This document shows, piece after piece, positions 50,215 through 63,199 of a stretch of 64,000 bases of DNA. Each line of letters opens with the position of its first letter. Position 1 is the first letter of the stretch. The translations under genes and the position numbers were made by a program. Where the stretch lies: assembly GCA_024137785.1 (NCBI GenBank), contig JAHRHZ010000078.1, positions 2,523,027-2,587,026 of the forward strand. Reading direction: 5' to 3'. This DNA is from Ginglymostoma cirratum. Taxonomy: Eukaryota. The notes beneath the pieces are model-generated. The model had not been told where the DNA came from, did no database searches, and worked only from the letters and a program-made list of their open reading frames with translations.

Positions 50215-52394
50215 GTAAGCTCTCCTCAGACCCATGCTCTGCAACCTACAGCGCTGTGTCACTTCCATTCTCTACTGAGTAGCTGTGGTGAAAGGACATG
50301 GTCAGCTGTGGGAACCAGCACATTTGAGTGAAGGAATGAGTGCTGAGGTATATCACAGGGTGGCAGTGTTTACTTTGGATGCTGCAACCATCCTGAGATG
50401 CAGCTGGCTTGCTAGTCTAACTGTTGTTTTTCCTGATGGTTAAATTTGTCTGTTTTGGAGCTAATTCTTACATCAGGCACAGTTGCAGTGTGGTTGCGAT
50501 ACTGGACCAATGATCCAGAGGCAACTGAGGAATTGACCTTAACCTGCTGGGTGCTTTTGGTGAGTTCAGACCTGCAATAATGTGATTAATTGTTAGCTTC
50601 TATCTGAAAAAGCCTAGTAAACCACTTGGTTATATTCTGGAGGCAGCTTATCTATTCCCTTGAAGGCAGACAGTTGGTGTACATGTACATCCCCATGTAT
50701 AAAAAATGAAGCGATGCTATTGGACAGCCAGCTTGGAATTGAACATTCTGGGTTGTGGAGTGGTGTGGCCTGATCTGGCATGAGGTCCACATTGGCGCCA
50801 CTGCCACTGTGCCTAACTCAGCCTCAGAAATCTGCAACCTTTATCTCAATGTCAGAGCTGGAAATTCGCACCCCAGCCTCATGTTGGCTTTAAGGGCTTG
50901 GGGACGCTGACATATCCAATAAGAGCAGGTGTAGTGAGAGTCTGGATTGCAGGGACACAGCTTGAAGTGACTTTGGAGAGGGCTATGTCAACTTGTAGAA
51001 GCTCGATAGTGGCTGGAGAAGCAGTGAGTATTGTCAGACCGGAAAAGTAGAGAGTAATGAGAAAGAATCCGAGAGAAAATGGGAAAGGTGTTAGAATGTA
51101 AGGAACAATCCAAGGTAATGACTCCAGTTCAGCTTGTACCTAAAAGAAAGAATAGCTCTTGTACAAGCAGCATTGTATTAATTTGTTCACTGTAGCTCAG
51201 TTGGTAGCATCCCTGCCTCTGAACCACAAGGTTCCAGGTTCCTTGGCTGACACTAGGGTGCAGTGCAGGACTCGGGAAGACTGGGTGAGATGTTCTTCAA
51301 TCTTTTCACATCTTGCAGGCAGATTTCAATTTTTCTGTTACTTGGTCAGTGGGGTCCCTGTGAGAAAACCTCAAAAATTAGGTTTGGTGCAACAGTAAAC
51401 ACGAAACTCAAACTGAGAAACAATTCCAAAGTAATAAATTGATCAATTAAAAATGCATTGATAAAAGTAACCCTTTTAAAAAGTGCCAAGCAGTAGAGTG
51501 AACCAATAAAACCTTTTGTTGCCTTTTCAGTTAAGAAACAGAACGAGGTAGAGAGAAACCAGGCCCCAAATCCTAGTATCATTCCCCTCTGTAGGGGCGT
51601 TCTTCAAATTGGCCTCAAAGGGCTTCACACACAGGTGAGGGTTAGAATCAGTTTGCCTTTCAGCCTTAGATTAAACCCTCTCCCAGCCTATTTTGTGGAG
51701 AGCTTTTTGCAAGGGGAAAGGTGGGTGTATGTCTGCCCCCTCCCCCCACCTTTCCTTCATACCCACCGTTGGTCCCACACAATCTCTGTCGGTCCCTCAC
51801 TCTTTCCCGCTTTCATAGGTAACGAGAGTTTGGAGGGCCTGCTCTGCTGCCTTGACTGCAGTTCTTGAGGAGCCAGTGATGCTGCAGGAAGGAGACTGTC
51901 TCGCCTTCCCTGACCTGCCCCTACTCGTGACTCCAGTCTGATTTCCCCCCCACCCATTGTGACTCTTGTAGTCCCCATCCAGAGGCCTCAGTGTCGCCCA
52001 TGGTATTTAGGCCTCAAGCTGAATGATGGGAGGAAGCCTTGCACAGCTCACTGCTCTTGCAGTCAGAGGCTGTTTAGAAAGGAGAGGAGCGAATTGGCGT
52101 CAAACTGCAAGGCCATCTCCTTGCAGCATCTTCCACACGTACGTAGCTGTATTTCAAAGGCTGGTTGTGGGCAAGATAGGACCCGTGTTGGGCTGCCTGT
52201 TGACTGAAGCTGCATTAAACTAACGGTCTGTTCCTGTGAACGTAAAAACTCCCATGGTAATATTGTGAAGAGAAACTGAGGAGTTACCTCCAGTCTCCTG
52301 GCCCTGACTCTCGATCACCATCACAGAAACAGATTACCTTGTCATTTTCAGATTGTTAGTCAGATGCACAAATGTGGGGTAATGTGAATATTAA

Positions 52395-55300
52395 TAGAGT
52401 CAAAGAGCTGTAGAGAACAGAAATCGACCCTTTGGTCCAACTCGTCCATGCCACCCAGATATCCTAAATAGATATAGTCCCATTTGGCCCATATGCCTCC
52501 AAACCCTTCCTATTCATATACCCATCTAAATGTTTTTTAAATGTACTTGTACCAGGTTCCACCACTTCTGGCAGCTTATTCCATACATGTGCCACACTCT
52601 GCGTGAAAAAGTTGCCCCTTAGGTCCCTTTTAATTCTCTCCCCTCTCACCTTAAACCTATGCCATCTAGTTTTGGACTCCCCCACACTGAGGAAAAGACC
52701 TTGACAATTCAGCCTGTACATGTCCCTCATGATTTTATAAACCTCTATAAGTTCACCTCTCGGCCTCCGATACTCCAGGGAAAATAGCCCCGTTCCATTC
52801 AGCCTCCCCCTCTCGCTCAAACCCTCCAACCCTGGCAGCATTCTTGTAAATCTTTTCTGAACCAGTCTACCATGTGGAACCTTGTCAAACGCCTTAATGA
52901 AATCCATATAGACAACGTCCACCACTCTGTCTTCATCGATCCTCTTCGTCACTTCTTCAAAAAACTCAAATTAATTTAGTCAGACACGATTTCCCATGCA
53001 CAAAGCCATGTTGACTATCCCTAATCAGTCCATGCCTTTCCAAATACAAAAATGCCCTGTCCCTCGGAATCCCCTCCAACAAATTGCCCTCCACTGATGT
53101 CAGGCTCACCAGTCTATAGTTCCCTGGCTTTTCCTTACCACCTTTCTTCAATAGTTGGCACCACATTAGCCAGCCTCTAGTCTTCTGGCACCTCACCTGT
53201 GGCGATTGATGATACAACTGTTGCATCAAGGGGATCAGCAATCACTTCCCTAGCTTCCCCAAAGTTCTAGGGTACACCTGATCCAGTCCCAGGAAGTTCT
53301 CTACGTTTTTGCATTTGAAGACGTCCAGCACCACCACCTCTGTAAAATGGATACTTTTAAGGTATCACTGTTTATTTCCCCAAGTTCTGTAGCTTCCATG
53401 TCCTTCTCCACAGAAAACAGATGTAAAATACCTGCTTAGTATCTCACCCATCTGCTGTGGTTCCTCACATAGATCCCCTTGCTGATCTTAAAGGGGCCCT
53501 GTTCTCTCCCTCGTTACTCTTTTGTCCATAATGTGTTTGCAGAAAGCCTTTGGATTCTCCATGACCCTATTTGCCAAAGCTATCTCATGTCTCCTTTCTG
53601 CCCTCTTGATTTTCCTCTTAGGTATACTCCTACTGCCCTTATACTCCTCCAGGGATTCACTGGATCGCTGCTGCCTATACCTTACGTATGCTTCATTCTT
53701 TTTCTTGACCAGGGCCTCAATTTCTCTAGACATCCAGGATTCCCTACGACTATCAACCTTGCCCTCCACTCTTACAAGGACACACTGTCTCTGGACAAGA
53801 AGACTTCCCACTTTCCAGTCATCCTTTTACTGGCGACTATCTGCCCTGGAACAACATTTGAAAGTTCTTGCCGAATACTGTCAAAATTGGCCTTCCACCA
53901 ATGTAGAACTGACTTTTAGATCAGGCCTCTTGCATTGAAATAAATGCAGTTTAATTTCAGTCCTACCTTGTTCTCTGCTTTGCTACTACCTGCCCTGACT
54001 GTTTGACTTGCTCCTTTTCTCAACTTTATCCAGCCTCAGACTGATCCCTTGTCTCACGATCTCCCTGGGAAACCTGCCCGCTCTTACTAGCTTAAATCCA
54101 CCCACCAGTATATCAGTCTCCTTCCAATTCAGGTGCACCCCACCTTCCTTGCACATATCACTGCTACCCCTGAAGAGATTCCAATAATCCAAAATTGCAT
54201 ATCCTTCTCTGCTGCACCAGCTCCTCAGCTGCTGTATCCTCCTATTCTCACCATCAGTAGCACATGGCACCAGGAGTAATGCAGATACCACTATCCTCAA
54301 GGATCTACATTTTAACCTCCTGCCTAATTTCCTATATTCTCTCCTCAGAACCTCGTTCTCTTCTCTTCCTGCAGTTCCAATGTGTACAACGACCTCCTGC
54401 TGGTCCCTCTCCCCTTTTGAGAATATCCTGCACCCTCTCCGAGACATCCTTCACCCTGGCACCAGTGAAGCAAAACACCATTCTGATGTCTTGTTGTCGG
54501 CCACAGAAACATCTGTCTGTGCCTCGGAGTAGAGAGTCCCCTATCAGAATCGATTGCTTGGACCCTGACATGTCATTACTGCAGAGCTGGTCTCAGAAAC
54601 CTGGCTGTCAGTGCTACTTTCCCAAGAGTCCATCACCTCCTACGTTTTCCAAAGCAGCATATTGTTTGAGATGGGGATAGCTACAGTAGACTCCTGCACT
54701 ACCTGCCTACCTCTCCTACATTTCCTGGAGGTAACCCATCTACCTGACTGTATCTGTGGTTTCTCTATCTTCCTGAAACTGCTATCCATCACACCCCCTT
54801 GGTCCCTGTAAATTCCTCATTTCCTTTAACTGCCGCTCCAGCCTATCCATAGGATCCATAAGCAAACTCGCTTCTTGCAGACATAATCATCACTAACATG
54901 GAAACTCTCCCTAATCTCCCACATCCAACAGGAAGAGGACATCACTACTAAAGGCCAAATTTGCACCTTAACAATATACAGACCCAGAAAATAACAGTCT
55001 TACTGCTCTAGAAACATTGCTTTAGGATAACTTGGTACTTTATTTTAAAAAAAGTTCAAGCTAGAGACATATCTCACTAAACATATTTTAAAAATGCAGT
55101 ATTCACCATTACAGATTGACAAACAAATAGCATATGATTAGACTTAATAAACCACTTGACTGTTCCCCTGCTGTGAGCAGTTCTCTAGAGGTCCCTCCAA
55201 AGTCAGCTGTGAATTTTACTGTTTGTGTATTTTTCTTAGACCAAACTCCGATGTCCAGGGATACTTGAAACTAAACAACACAGGCATCTGGCTGTGAAAA
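52395..55300 (-). mobile_element. Internally deleted CR1 element retaining ORF1 esterase remnant, ORF2 pieces and 3' end
   Basis: LIGDSLLRG...GARVKDV...VVVHIGT (SGNH esterase of CR1 ORF1); KEKPGNYRLVSLTSV; FDKVPHGRL; upstream limit approximate. Confidence 0.85.
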
Positions 55301-55934
55301 GTCACTGCCTAGTCAGACAGCTGTGCAGCTTCACTGCTCCTTATCTCCCATGAGACCCCTGCTCGCTCTCTTGTTTTGATCTATTTTTCACAAAGTTTTA
55401 AAACAATGCAACAGCTTATGAAACAGTAATTACTATTCCAAAAAAAAGAGGAAATCAGCTCCAACACTGAAAAAAACCTCAAAAAAGGACAACTCTTACA
55501 GCCACAATTTTCTCCTGTCCCCTATCTTGGATTACCCAGAATCCAGTGTAATCTGGAAAATTGACACAACTAAGCAAAAGTGTCTCTGATGCACCACCAG
55601 AAAACACACAAAGCAGCAGGCTGGCTTTGTACCTTATTTGTTATATATTGTGCTGCTTTCATTCCAGTTACACACTTGTCAATACATGATCCCAGTGTTA
55701 TACAGTGACAGACCTGACCCCACCAGTACTCTACCCCAGTGTTATACAGTGACAGACCTGTCCCCACCAGTACCATCTTGTGAAGCTCAGTGTTGTTGTG
55801 ACCAGAAACCAATCTGTTGTTGACAGAAGCTAAAACGCAAATGAATATAAAAGTTTGGAGCAGGATAAGGCCATTCAGCCCTTTGAGCCTGTTGCTCTAT
55901 GAATGGCTGATCTCTAGCCTTTAATTCTCTTGTT

Positions 55935-57300
55935 AATTGAGAAACACCTTCAATGTAACAGCACTATTTACATCCATAAACATTGACCTAGCCAAAGAGA
56001 CAATTGCCACACTGCTGGACGTATCAGGAAGGAAGGCAAGCACCCAATGACAAACAGCAACAACAAGCATAGCATCTTGAAACAGCGGGATCTGTGCCGT
56101 GCAACCCACTTCACCTTCAACAACTGTATATTTAAACAAATCAATGGAACACCAGTGGGATCCCCAAAATCAGGACTGATTGCAGAAGCAGTAATGCAAA
56201 GGTTAGAGCGGACATTGCTCCCCACCGTACAACCCAAACTCTGGGTCCGATATGTAGATGACACCTTTGTGATTATCAAACGTACAAGACTGGAAGAAAC
56301 CCACCGACCCATAAACAACATCCTCACCGGAATAACATTCACAAAAGAAGACGAGAACAATAACCGACTGTTCTTCCCAGACGTAATGGTAGAAAATAAG
56401 AACAACAGGGAACTTCAGATTAATGGATACAGAGAGACTACACAAATGGACCAGATACTTAATTACGCCAGCACCACCCCAGCACCCATAAACGGAGCTG
56501 CAACAGGATATTATTTAAACGGGCCACAACACACTGCAGCAACCCGGAATTGCGCAAAGCAAAACAGGAACACTTTTACGGAGTTTTTAAAAGGAACTGA
56601 TACCCAAAAAGCAGAATCCGCCATTTCGTCCGCAGCAGACCCCAACAAGAAGACACAACACGGCCAGACACACTAGTCACTACATCAGGGACATATCAGA
56701 GATGACCACAAGACAACTCAGACCCCTAGGTATCAGGGTATCGGACAAACCAAAAACCACCCTGAGGCAGCTACTAACGAACGTAAAGGATCCCATACCC
56801 ACAACCAATAAAACTAACAATGTACAAAATACCAAGCAAGGACTGTGAGAAACGTTACATAGGCCAAACTGGAAGAAGACTGACAGTAAGGTTGCACAAA
56901 CACAAACTAGCCACCAAAAGACACGACCAATTCTCATTGGTCCCGATACACATAGACAAAGAAGGACACAGATTTGACTGGGACAAAACATCTGTACTAG
57001 CACAAGCCAAACAGAGACATACCAGGGAATTCCTGGAGGCCTGGCATTCCAACCGGAACTCCATCAACAAACACACTGAACTGGACCCAATATATAGACC
57101 ACCGAAAAACAATAGGAAGTAATACCAACCACCCAAGCAAACCGAGGCATATAAATAACGTGGGACAAAACACCAACACTTCACCAGAGGTGCACTGATG
57201 ATGCTACCTAGCAGGGTGATGGAACGTCTGCAATAAAACCACCGGCTCGGCGAGCAAGTCTCCAACCTCATTCACAACCTGAGCTACAAATCTTCTCAAC
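55935..57300 (+). mobile_element. Penelope-like element (RT + GIY-YIG + 3' pLTR), 5'-truncated, inserted into a minus-strand CR1 tail
   Basis: FKQINGTPVGSPKSGLIAE, WVRYVDDTFVI, (V)YKIPSKDCEKRYIGQTGRRL, REFLEAWH. Confidence 0.92.
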
Positions 57301-58362
57301 AAGTTGAGAAACTGTCTGCCTGTGTCTTAAATCTTCATCAGTGCTGTCTCCACATCTCTCTGTGAAGTAAAGTTTCAAATACTCACCACCCTGAGAGAAA
57401 AAAAATCCTCCTTTTCTCTTTATGAAGTGGGAGACTTGTCATTTTTAAAGAGCGTCCTCTAATTCTGGTTAGTTTCACAAGACAAAACATTCTGCCAGCA
57501 TCCACCTTGTCCAGTCATTCGGGATCTTGTATGTCTCAAGATCTCCTCTCAATTTTTTAAACCCCAATGGATACATTCCAACTTGTCCAACATTTCCTCA
57601 TAACTGCTGTGTCCAGCTGTCAACTGGGGGAACCTTTTCTGAACTGCTTCTGACACCTTTATGTTCTTCCCTAAATCAAAACTGTGCATACAGTTCAGCT
57701 GTGACCTCACCAACACTATACACATACAACAAAACATCCTGACTGTTATATTCCACTCTCCTTGCTATAAACATTAACATGCCATTACCCACTGTGAAAT
57801 CTCTTGCTGTTTCTGCAGAATAAAGTTTTGTGAATCATGTACCAGGACTCCCAGATCCCTCAGTTCCTCAGAGTTCTGCAGCCTCTCTCCATTTATCTGA
57901 TATGCTGCTTGTCTATTTTTTCCGACAAGCTCTCATTTTCCCAGATTATACCCTATCTGCCAACTTTTTTACCCATTCATTTAACCTATGCATATCTCTT
58001 TGCTGACGCCTTATGCCATCTTCAGAACTTACATTTGCTGATGACAGGTAGGTAGTAACTCCCATAACTTCATTTTCTTCAGCTACGTCATTAATATCAA
58101 TAATGAATTTTTGAGGCTGCTATGGTGATCCCTGCAGGATTTCACTCATCACAGCTCCTCGAGTTGAGATGAAGCTGCTACAGATATTTACCTAAAGTAA
58201 TATCCATGTCACATGTACATAATCAGAAAATGTAGGAAATATATAGTTCTGTGGAGAAACTTAATGTTTCTGGTCCAGAGTCTTTCACCTGGAGTAACAT
58301 TAACTCTGCTTTTCTCTCCTCAGATGCCACCTCACCTGCTGAGCATTTCTTGCATTTTCTGA

Positions 58363-58537
58363 GATAACAAGGTGTGGGGCTGGATGAACACAGCAGGCCA
58401 AGCAGCATCATAGTAGACCAGGGTCTAGGCTGAAACGTCAAGTTTTCCTGCTACTATGATGCTGCTTGGCCTGCTGTGTTCATCCAGCCCCATACCTTGT
58501 TATCTCGGATTCTCCAGCATCTGCAGTACCTTTTATC
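58363..58537. mobile_element. Palindromic Penelope-derived insert nested in a related element
   Basis: Perfect 15-bp TSD TCTTGCATTTTCTGA at 58348-58362 and 58538-58552. Confidence 0.8.
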
Positions 58538-59077
58538 TCTTGCATTTTCTGATTTCATTTGAGATTTGTAGCATCTGCAGTATTTTACATTAGTATTACC
58601 GTCATGGGTTGTGGTCATTGTGAGTCAGTTTTTCAGGAATTCTGCAGTCACTGAAGATCAGTTTCTGTACGAAGTAAACATTGATTGTGGAACAGGTCTG
58701 ATCAGTCTTGCTGCACATTGCTGGAGCATTGACAACAGAATACTGTGAAATTAAACAAGAGACATGTTTAGATTTGTTTAAAAATACTTCATTGAGTGAA
58801 CTTTAAATCTGCGTTGTCTGATAACGATGATGTGAGGCTGTTGAAGCAGATTAAGAACCAGAGAACCCAGTGGTACAAGAGGGATCAGATGGTGGAGTAG
58901 CTAGTGGAGGAGCAGCTTATGGCCAGCAGCAAGAACATGCCTTCGCTGACATATGGAGGAAGCACTGGAAGGCCAGCTCTGCAAAGAGTGTAAGGTTTCG
59001 TGCATTCATTGACAGAAAGGCTGATGAACACACAAAACGACAGAAATGTGACAATTGCTTTTCCTTTTGTCTTGCAG

Positions 59078-59229
59078 CTCGAGTGGGATTGATGCACATT
59101 GGGGTCTTCATCCTCCTGCTTCTCAGTGGAGAGCGCAACTTTGGTGTCCGACTGAACAAACCATACTCAGTCCGTGTGCCTATGGACATCCCAGTGTTCA
59201 CAGGAACCCATGCTGATCTCCTTATCATA
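59078..59229 (+). CDS. HID1: HID1 coding exon 11 (152 bp)
   Basis: cttgcag|CT CGA...ATA|gtaagc; RVGLMHIGVFILLLLSGERNFGVRLNKPYSVRVPMDIPVFTGTHADLLII. Confidence 0.97.
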
Positions 59230-60109
59230 GTAAGCCCCCTGAGTGTGACGACCTAATAGTGGCTGTGGTACTGGATTAAAAATCCAGAAATGTGAAGTTA
59301 AATCTCTCACAGGTAGTTTGAGAATTCAAATTCAGTCTTAAAAATATGCGAATAGAAAGGGAGGAACATATTTCTCTAGCACATTTCACAAGCCCAGGAT
59401 GTCCCAAATTGTTTTCCTGTCAGTGGAGTATTTTTGACACGGCAGTTAGTGTTGTAATGCATCAAAGTAAACAAACAATGCACAGCAGCATCCCACAAGT
59501 CACAGTGTCACCATCATTGAAAGATCTGTTGTTGTGACATTAGCTGAAATGTAACCCTTGGCCAGGGCATGCAAAACCAGAGACCGGTCAGATACAGGAG
59601 GAGCACACTGAACCCATCATGTCTGTGCCAACCAAGGAAAGGCCATCCAGCCTAATCTCACTTTCCTTTGACTAAGGGGAACAGCTGCTTATTTTCTATC
59701 CTATCCATGCCTCTCACAATCTTAAATACCTCCATCAGGTCCCATCTCAGCCTTTGCTGCTCTAACCTAACAAAACTCTTATGCAGTTCCAACACAACGT
59801 TACCTCCCTGCTATGTAATCTGTGCTATGACTGATGAAGTCAAGTATCCCTCTGCTGCCTTAACTGCCCTATTAACCCCAAAATCCCTCTGTTTTTCTGA
59901 GCTTCCTAGTATCCTGCCATTCATAGAGTATTCCCTATTCTTGTTACTTCTTCCAAAGTGCATCACCTCACACCTTTCTGGGATAATTTCCATCTGCCAC
60001 TGATCTGTCCATCTGACCAATCTGTCTAACCTAACACCTTCTTACTGATTGTCGACCACTTGGCCAAACTTTATATGATCTGAAAACGTACTTATCAACC
60101 AATTACAAC

Positions 60110-60745
60110 ATGCCCACACCCACCCCACAAACATCCCCATACACACACACCCCCACAACTCCCCCCCCCCTCCCCCCCCCCCCCCCCCCCCCGCGCGCGC
60201 GCACACGCACACGCGCACGCACGCACAAACAAGCATTCTACCCTGACACCCACACACACATTCTACCCTGATGCACACCCCTCCACATCTAGGCTTCAAC
60301 CCCCCCCACAGCCGTGAACCACACTCCACCCCCCCCACCCCCTTACTCCACCACTCCTCCTCTCCATCCCCCCATACACCCTCTCCCACACACCAACACG
60401 TCTCCACTCCCCACCCCACTCACCGTCCCCTGCACCCTCCCTCACACCCTTCCCCACAGCCACACTGCCCCCAATCCCCCACACACACCTACTCTCTCAC
60501 ACAGACACTCAGACACAGACACACACACACTCCTCCACATTCCCCTGCACTCTCACACACTCCCCCACCCCTGCCCGCATACTCCCCCCCCCNNNNNNNN
60601 NNNNNNNNNNNNNNNNNNNNNNNNNNNNNNNNNNNNNNNNNNNNNNNNNNNNNNNNNNNNNNNNNNNNNNNNNNNNNNNNNNNNNNNNNNNNTCCCTCTC
60701 TTCTCCCCCACCCCCCTCTCTGTCCCCCTCTGTCTCTCACACTCC
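60110..60745. repeat. C-rich/(CA) low-complexity tract interrupting a minus-strand CR1 fragment
   Basis: poly-C, (CG)n and (CA)n runs. Confidence 0.85.
60593..60692. other. Assembly gap (100 N)
   Basis: Run of n. Confidence 1.
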
Positions 60746-61114
60746 CTTGTTTACATTGTTTATATATACCACAAGTGATAAGAGACCCAGCACTGATGCC
60801 TGTGGTACACTACTGCTCCCTGGGCTCCACACTCACAATTAGCCTTCTCTTGCCACCCTCTGTCTCCTGTGACTGAGCCAATGTTGAAGCAAACTTGCCA
60901 AGTTACCCTGGATCCAATGATTTTTAACCTTCTTTATCAGTTTTCCATGTAGGCCCAACGCTTACAAAAATCCATAGAAACTACCCTACCTTCATCCAAA
61001 CGTTTGGTCACCTCCTGGAAAAATTCTGTCAAATTTATTACAAATGAATTCCCTCTGACGAAGCAATGTTGACTCCCTGATCAGATCTTGCCTCTTCAGG
61101 TGGGGATCAATTTA

Positions 61115-61424
61115 TAGAATCCCTACAGTGTGGCCCTTTGGCCCAACAAATCCACACTGACCCTCACAGCATCCTACCTTGACCCATCCCACATAACACA
61201 CCTAATCTACATATCCCTGAACTCTGTGGGCAATTTAGTATGGCCAATCTGCCTAACCTGCACAGCTTTGGACTGTGGGAGGAAACTGGAGCACCCAGAG
61301 GAAACCCACGCAGACACGGGGAGAATGTCTGTGTGGAGTTTGCACAGTCACTCAAGGGTTAAATTGAACCCGTGTCCCTGGCGCTGTGAGGCAGCAGTGC
61401 TAACCACTGAGCCACCATGCTGCC
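61115..61424 (-). mobile_element. HE1-type SINE with internal micro-inversion
   Basis: Homologous to 38791-39104. Confidence 0.85.
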
Positions 61425-62510
61425 TAGAATTTTCTCTAATAGTTTTCTGAGCATTGATGTGAGGCTCACTGGTTTGTCACTACCACCCTTCATGTAAAGT
61501 AGAACCACCTTAAATGCTAGCCTTCTCAGATTGTAATGGTTATGGTTTTGGAAGAGGCTGACTAAGGAGATTTAGTGAATTGGTGTTCTGTCTCTCCTCC
61601 TCCTATCGTATAGTCCTGCCGTGCACTTAGCTTGGCTGTACTCCCCAGAGGAATCACTCGGTGAAATTCTCATTAATACTGGCAGTGATACTCTCTTTTG
61701 CATTATTCAAAGACTTTAAACCTCCATCTGCCTCTTCAGTTGTTGGAAGTGATCCTGTGATGTAAATGTGAAGATATTTTTTGCAATGTTCCCTGGTGTC
61801 CTGGCCAACATTGGTCCCTCAAACTAAGATCAAAAGCAGCGGATTATCTGGTCATTTGTGTTATTGGAGTTTGTGGGATCTTGCTGTGTGTAATTTGATG
61901 CTGTGTTTCCTACATTACCTCAGTGAGTACGCTCCAAATGTACTGCATTGGCTGCAAAGTGCTTTTGGATGCCCTGAGGTCAAGAAAAATGCTACATGAA
62001 TGAATACGTTTTCCCCTTTGAAATAATTAAACATATTACGTAAAACAACATTCAGCCTAGTTGTCCTACACTCATTTAGACTTTGCAGTAGTCTCCTTCT
62101 ATTCTAAATATCTCTTCCATCTTTATCTGCATTACCCCATGTCCCTTCTCCTTCTGTTACTGTAGCAGAAAGTTAGTTCAGAAAGGAAGGAAAAGATTGA
62201 CAGTCGTGAGGATGATGAAGTCACCATTGGGAAGGGTAGCTTTGAGTGGGCTCAGTGAGTGCAGGAGAACGACAGTGAATGGTTTGTGATGATCAGTGGA
62301 ACACTGGGAGAAAGGGAGGAGCAGAAGGGAAGTGATGTGAAACCAGAGGAGCATGAGAATGTGCAGGTGCCTGACTTCCATGGTGAGGATTTTGCCTTTC
62401 AGGGTATCTGCATGTAAAGGGGAATCGCTATGTAAGAGGGAATGGCAGTGAGGGATTGGCAGGGCCAGTTTGTATCAGAGTCTGTTTGACTGATCTTTAC
62501 TTTGTGACAG

Positions 62511-62589
62511 GTGTTTCACAAGATTATTACCAGTGGGCACCAGCGACTCCAGCCGCTGTTCGACTGTCTGCTGACAATTGTTGTCAATG
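62511..62589 (+). CDS. HID1: HID1 coding exon 12 (79 bp); gene continues beyond the window
   Basis: gtgacag|GTG...AAT G|gtacgt; VFHKIITSGHQRLQPLFDCLLTIVVN. Confidence 0.96.
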
Positions 62590-62689
62590 GTACGTCTGCA
62601 CAAAGCACCGTTCATTTCAGTTTGGTGATTGGGTCACCCAGTATGAAATAATATGAAACCCACTTAGAGATATTTGCTATCTACCCAGC

Positions 62690-63090
62690 TGGGGCTCAGT
62701 GGCAGCACTCCAGGTTGTGAGTTTAATTCCCACTCCAGAGGCACTCGTAATGCAGGACTGAGAGAATGCTGCCCCGTCAGAGGTGCTGTCATTTGGATGA
62801 GACATTAAACTGAGGCTCTTTCTGCCCCCCTAGGTGGATGTGAAAGAGCCTGTTTGGAAGAAGAGTAGGGTGTTATACCCCATGTCTTGATCAATATTTT
62901 CCTCAAGCAAGATCAAAAAAACAGATCATCAGGTCACTGTCAGACGCTTGTGGGGTCTTACTGTGACCTATTTGGCTGCTCACTTTTTCCCAAATTGCAA
63001 CAATGATTATACTTTGAAAGTACCTGATCATTTGCAACCTGCTTTAGGATATGCTGTGTTCATGAGAGCTGTGATGTAAATGCAAATTCT
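62690..63090 (+). mobile_element. Deu-domain SINE (SacSINE1/AmnSINE1-like); partial copies near 10480-10710, 52240-52370 and 61790-62010
   Basis: tRNA-like head, gatgagacattaaactgaggc, gaagaagagtaggg, acagatcatcaggtca, ttggctgc, taaatgcaa tail. Confidence 0.65.
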
Positions 63091-63199
63091 TTCCCCTCAC
63101 AGCAGGATGTTTTCTTCAAACCTGACGATCTTTGTTCTATCACTTACAATTTGTTGTCTTTTTGATCTGAGGCTTTAACTGGAGAGAAACAAAACCTAT

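Noticed and set aside
58870-59256. 128-aa ORF as a separate gene
   Set aside because: It is HID1 exon 11 with intronic read-through; the same applies to the ORFs starting at 15464, 40768, 44212 and 49538.
60271-60876. Long Pro/His-rich ORFs
   Set aside because: Low-complexity sequence spanning the N gap.
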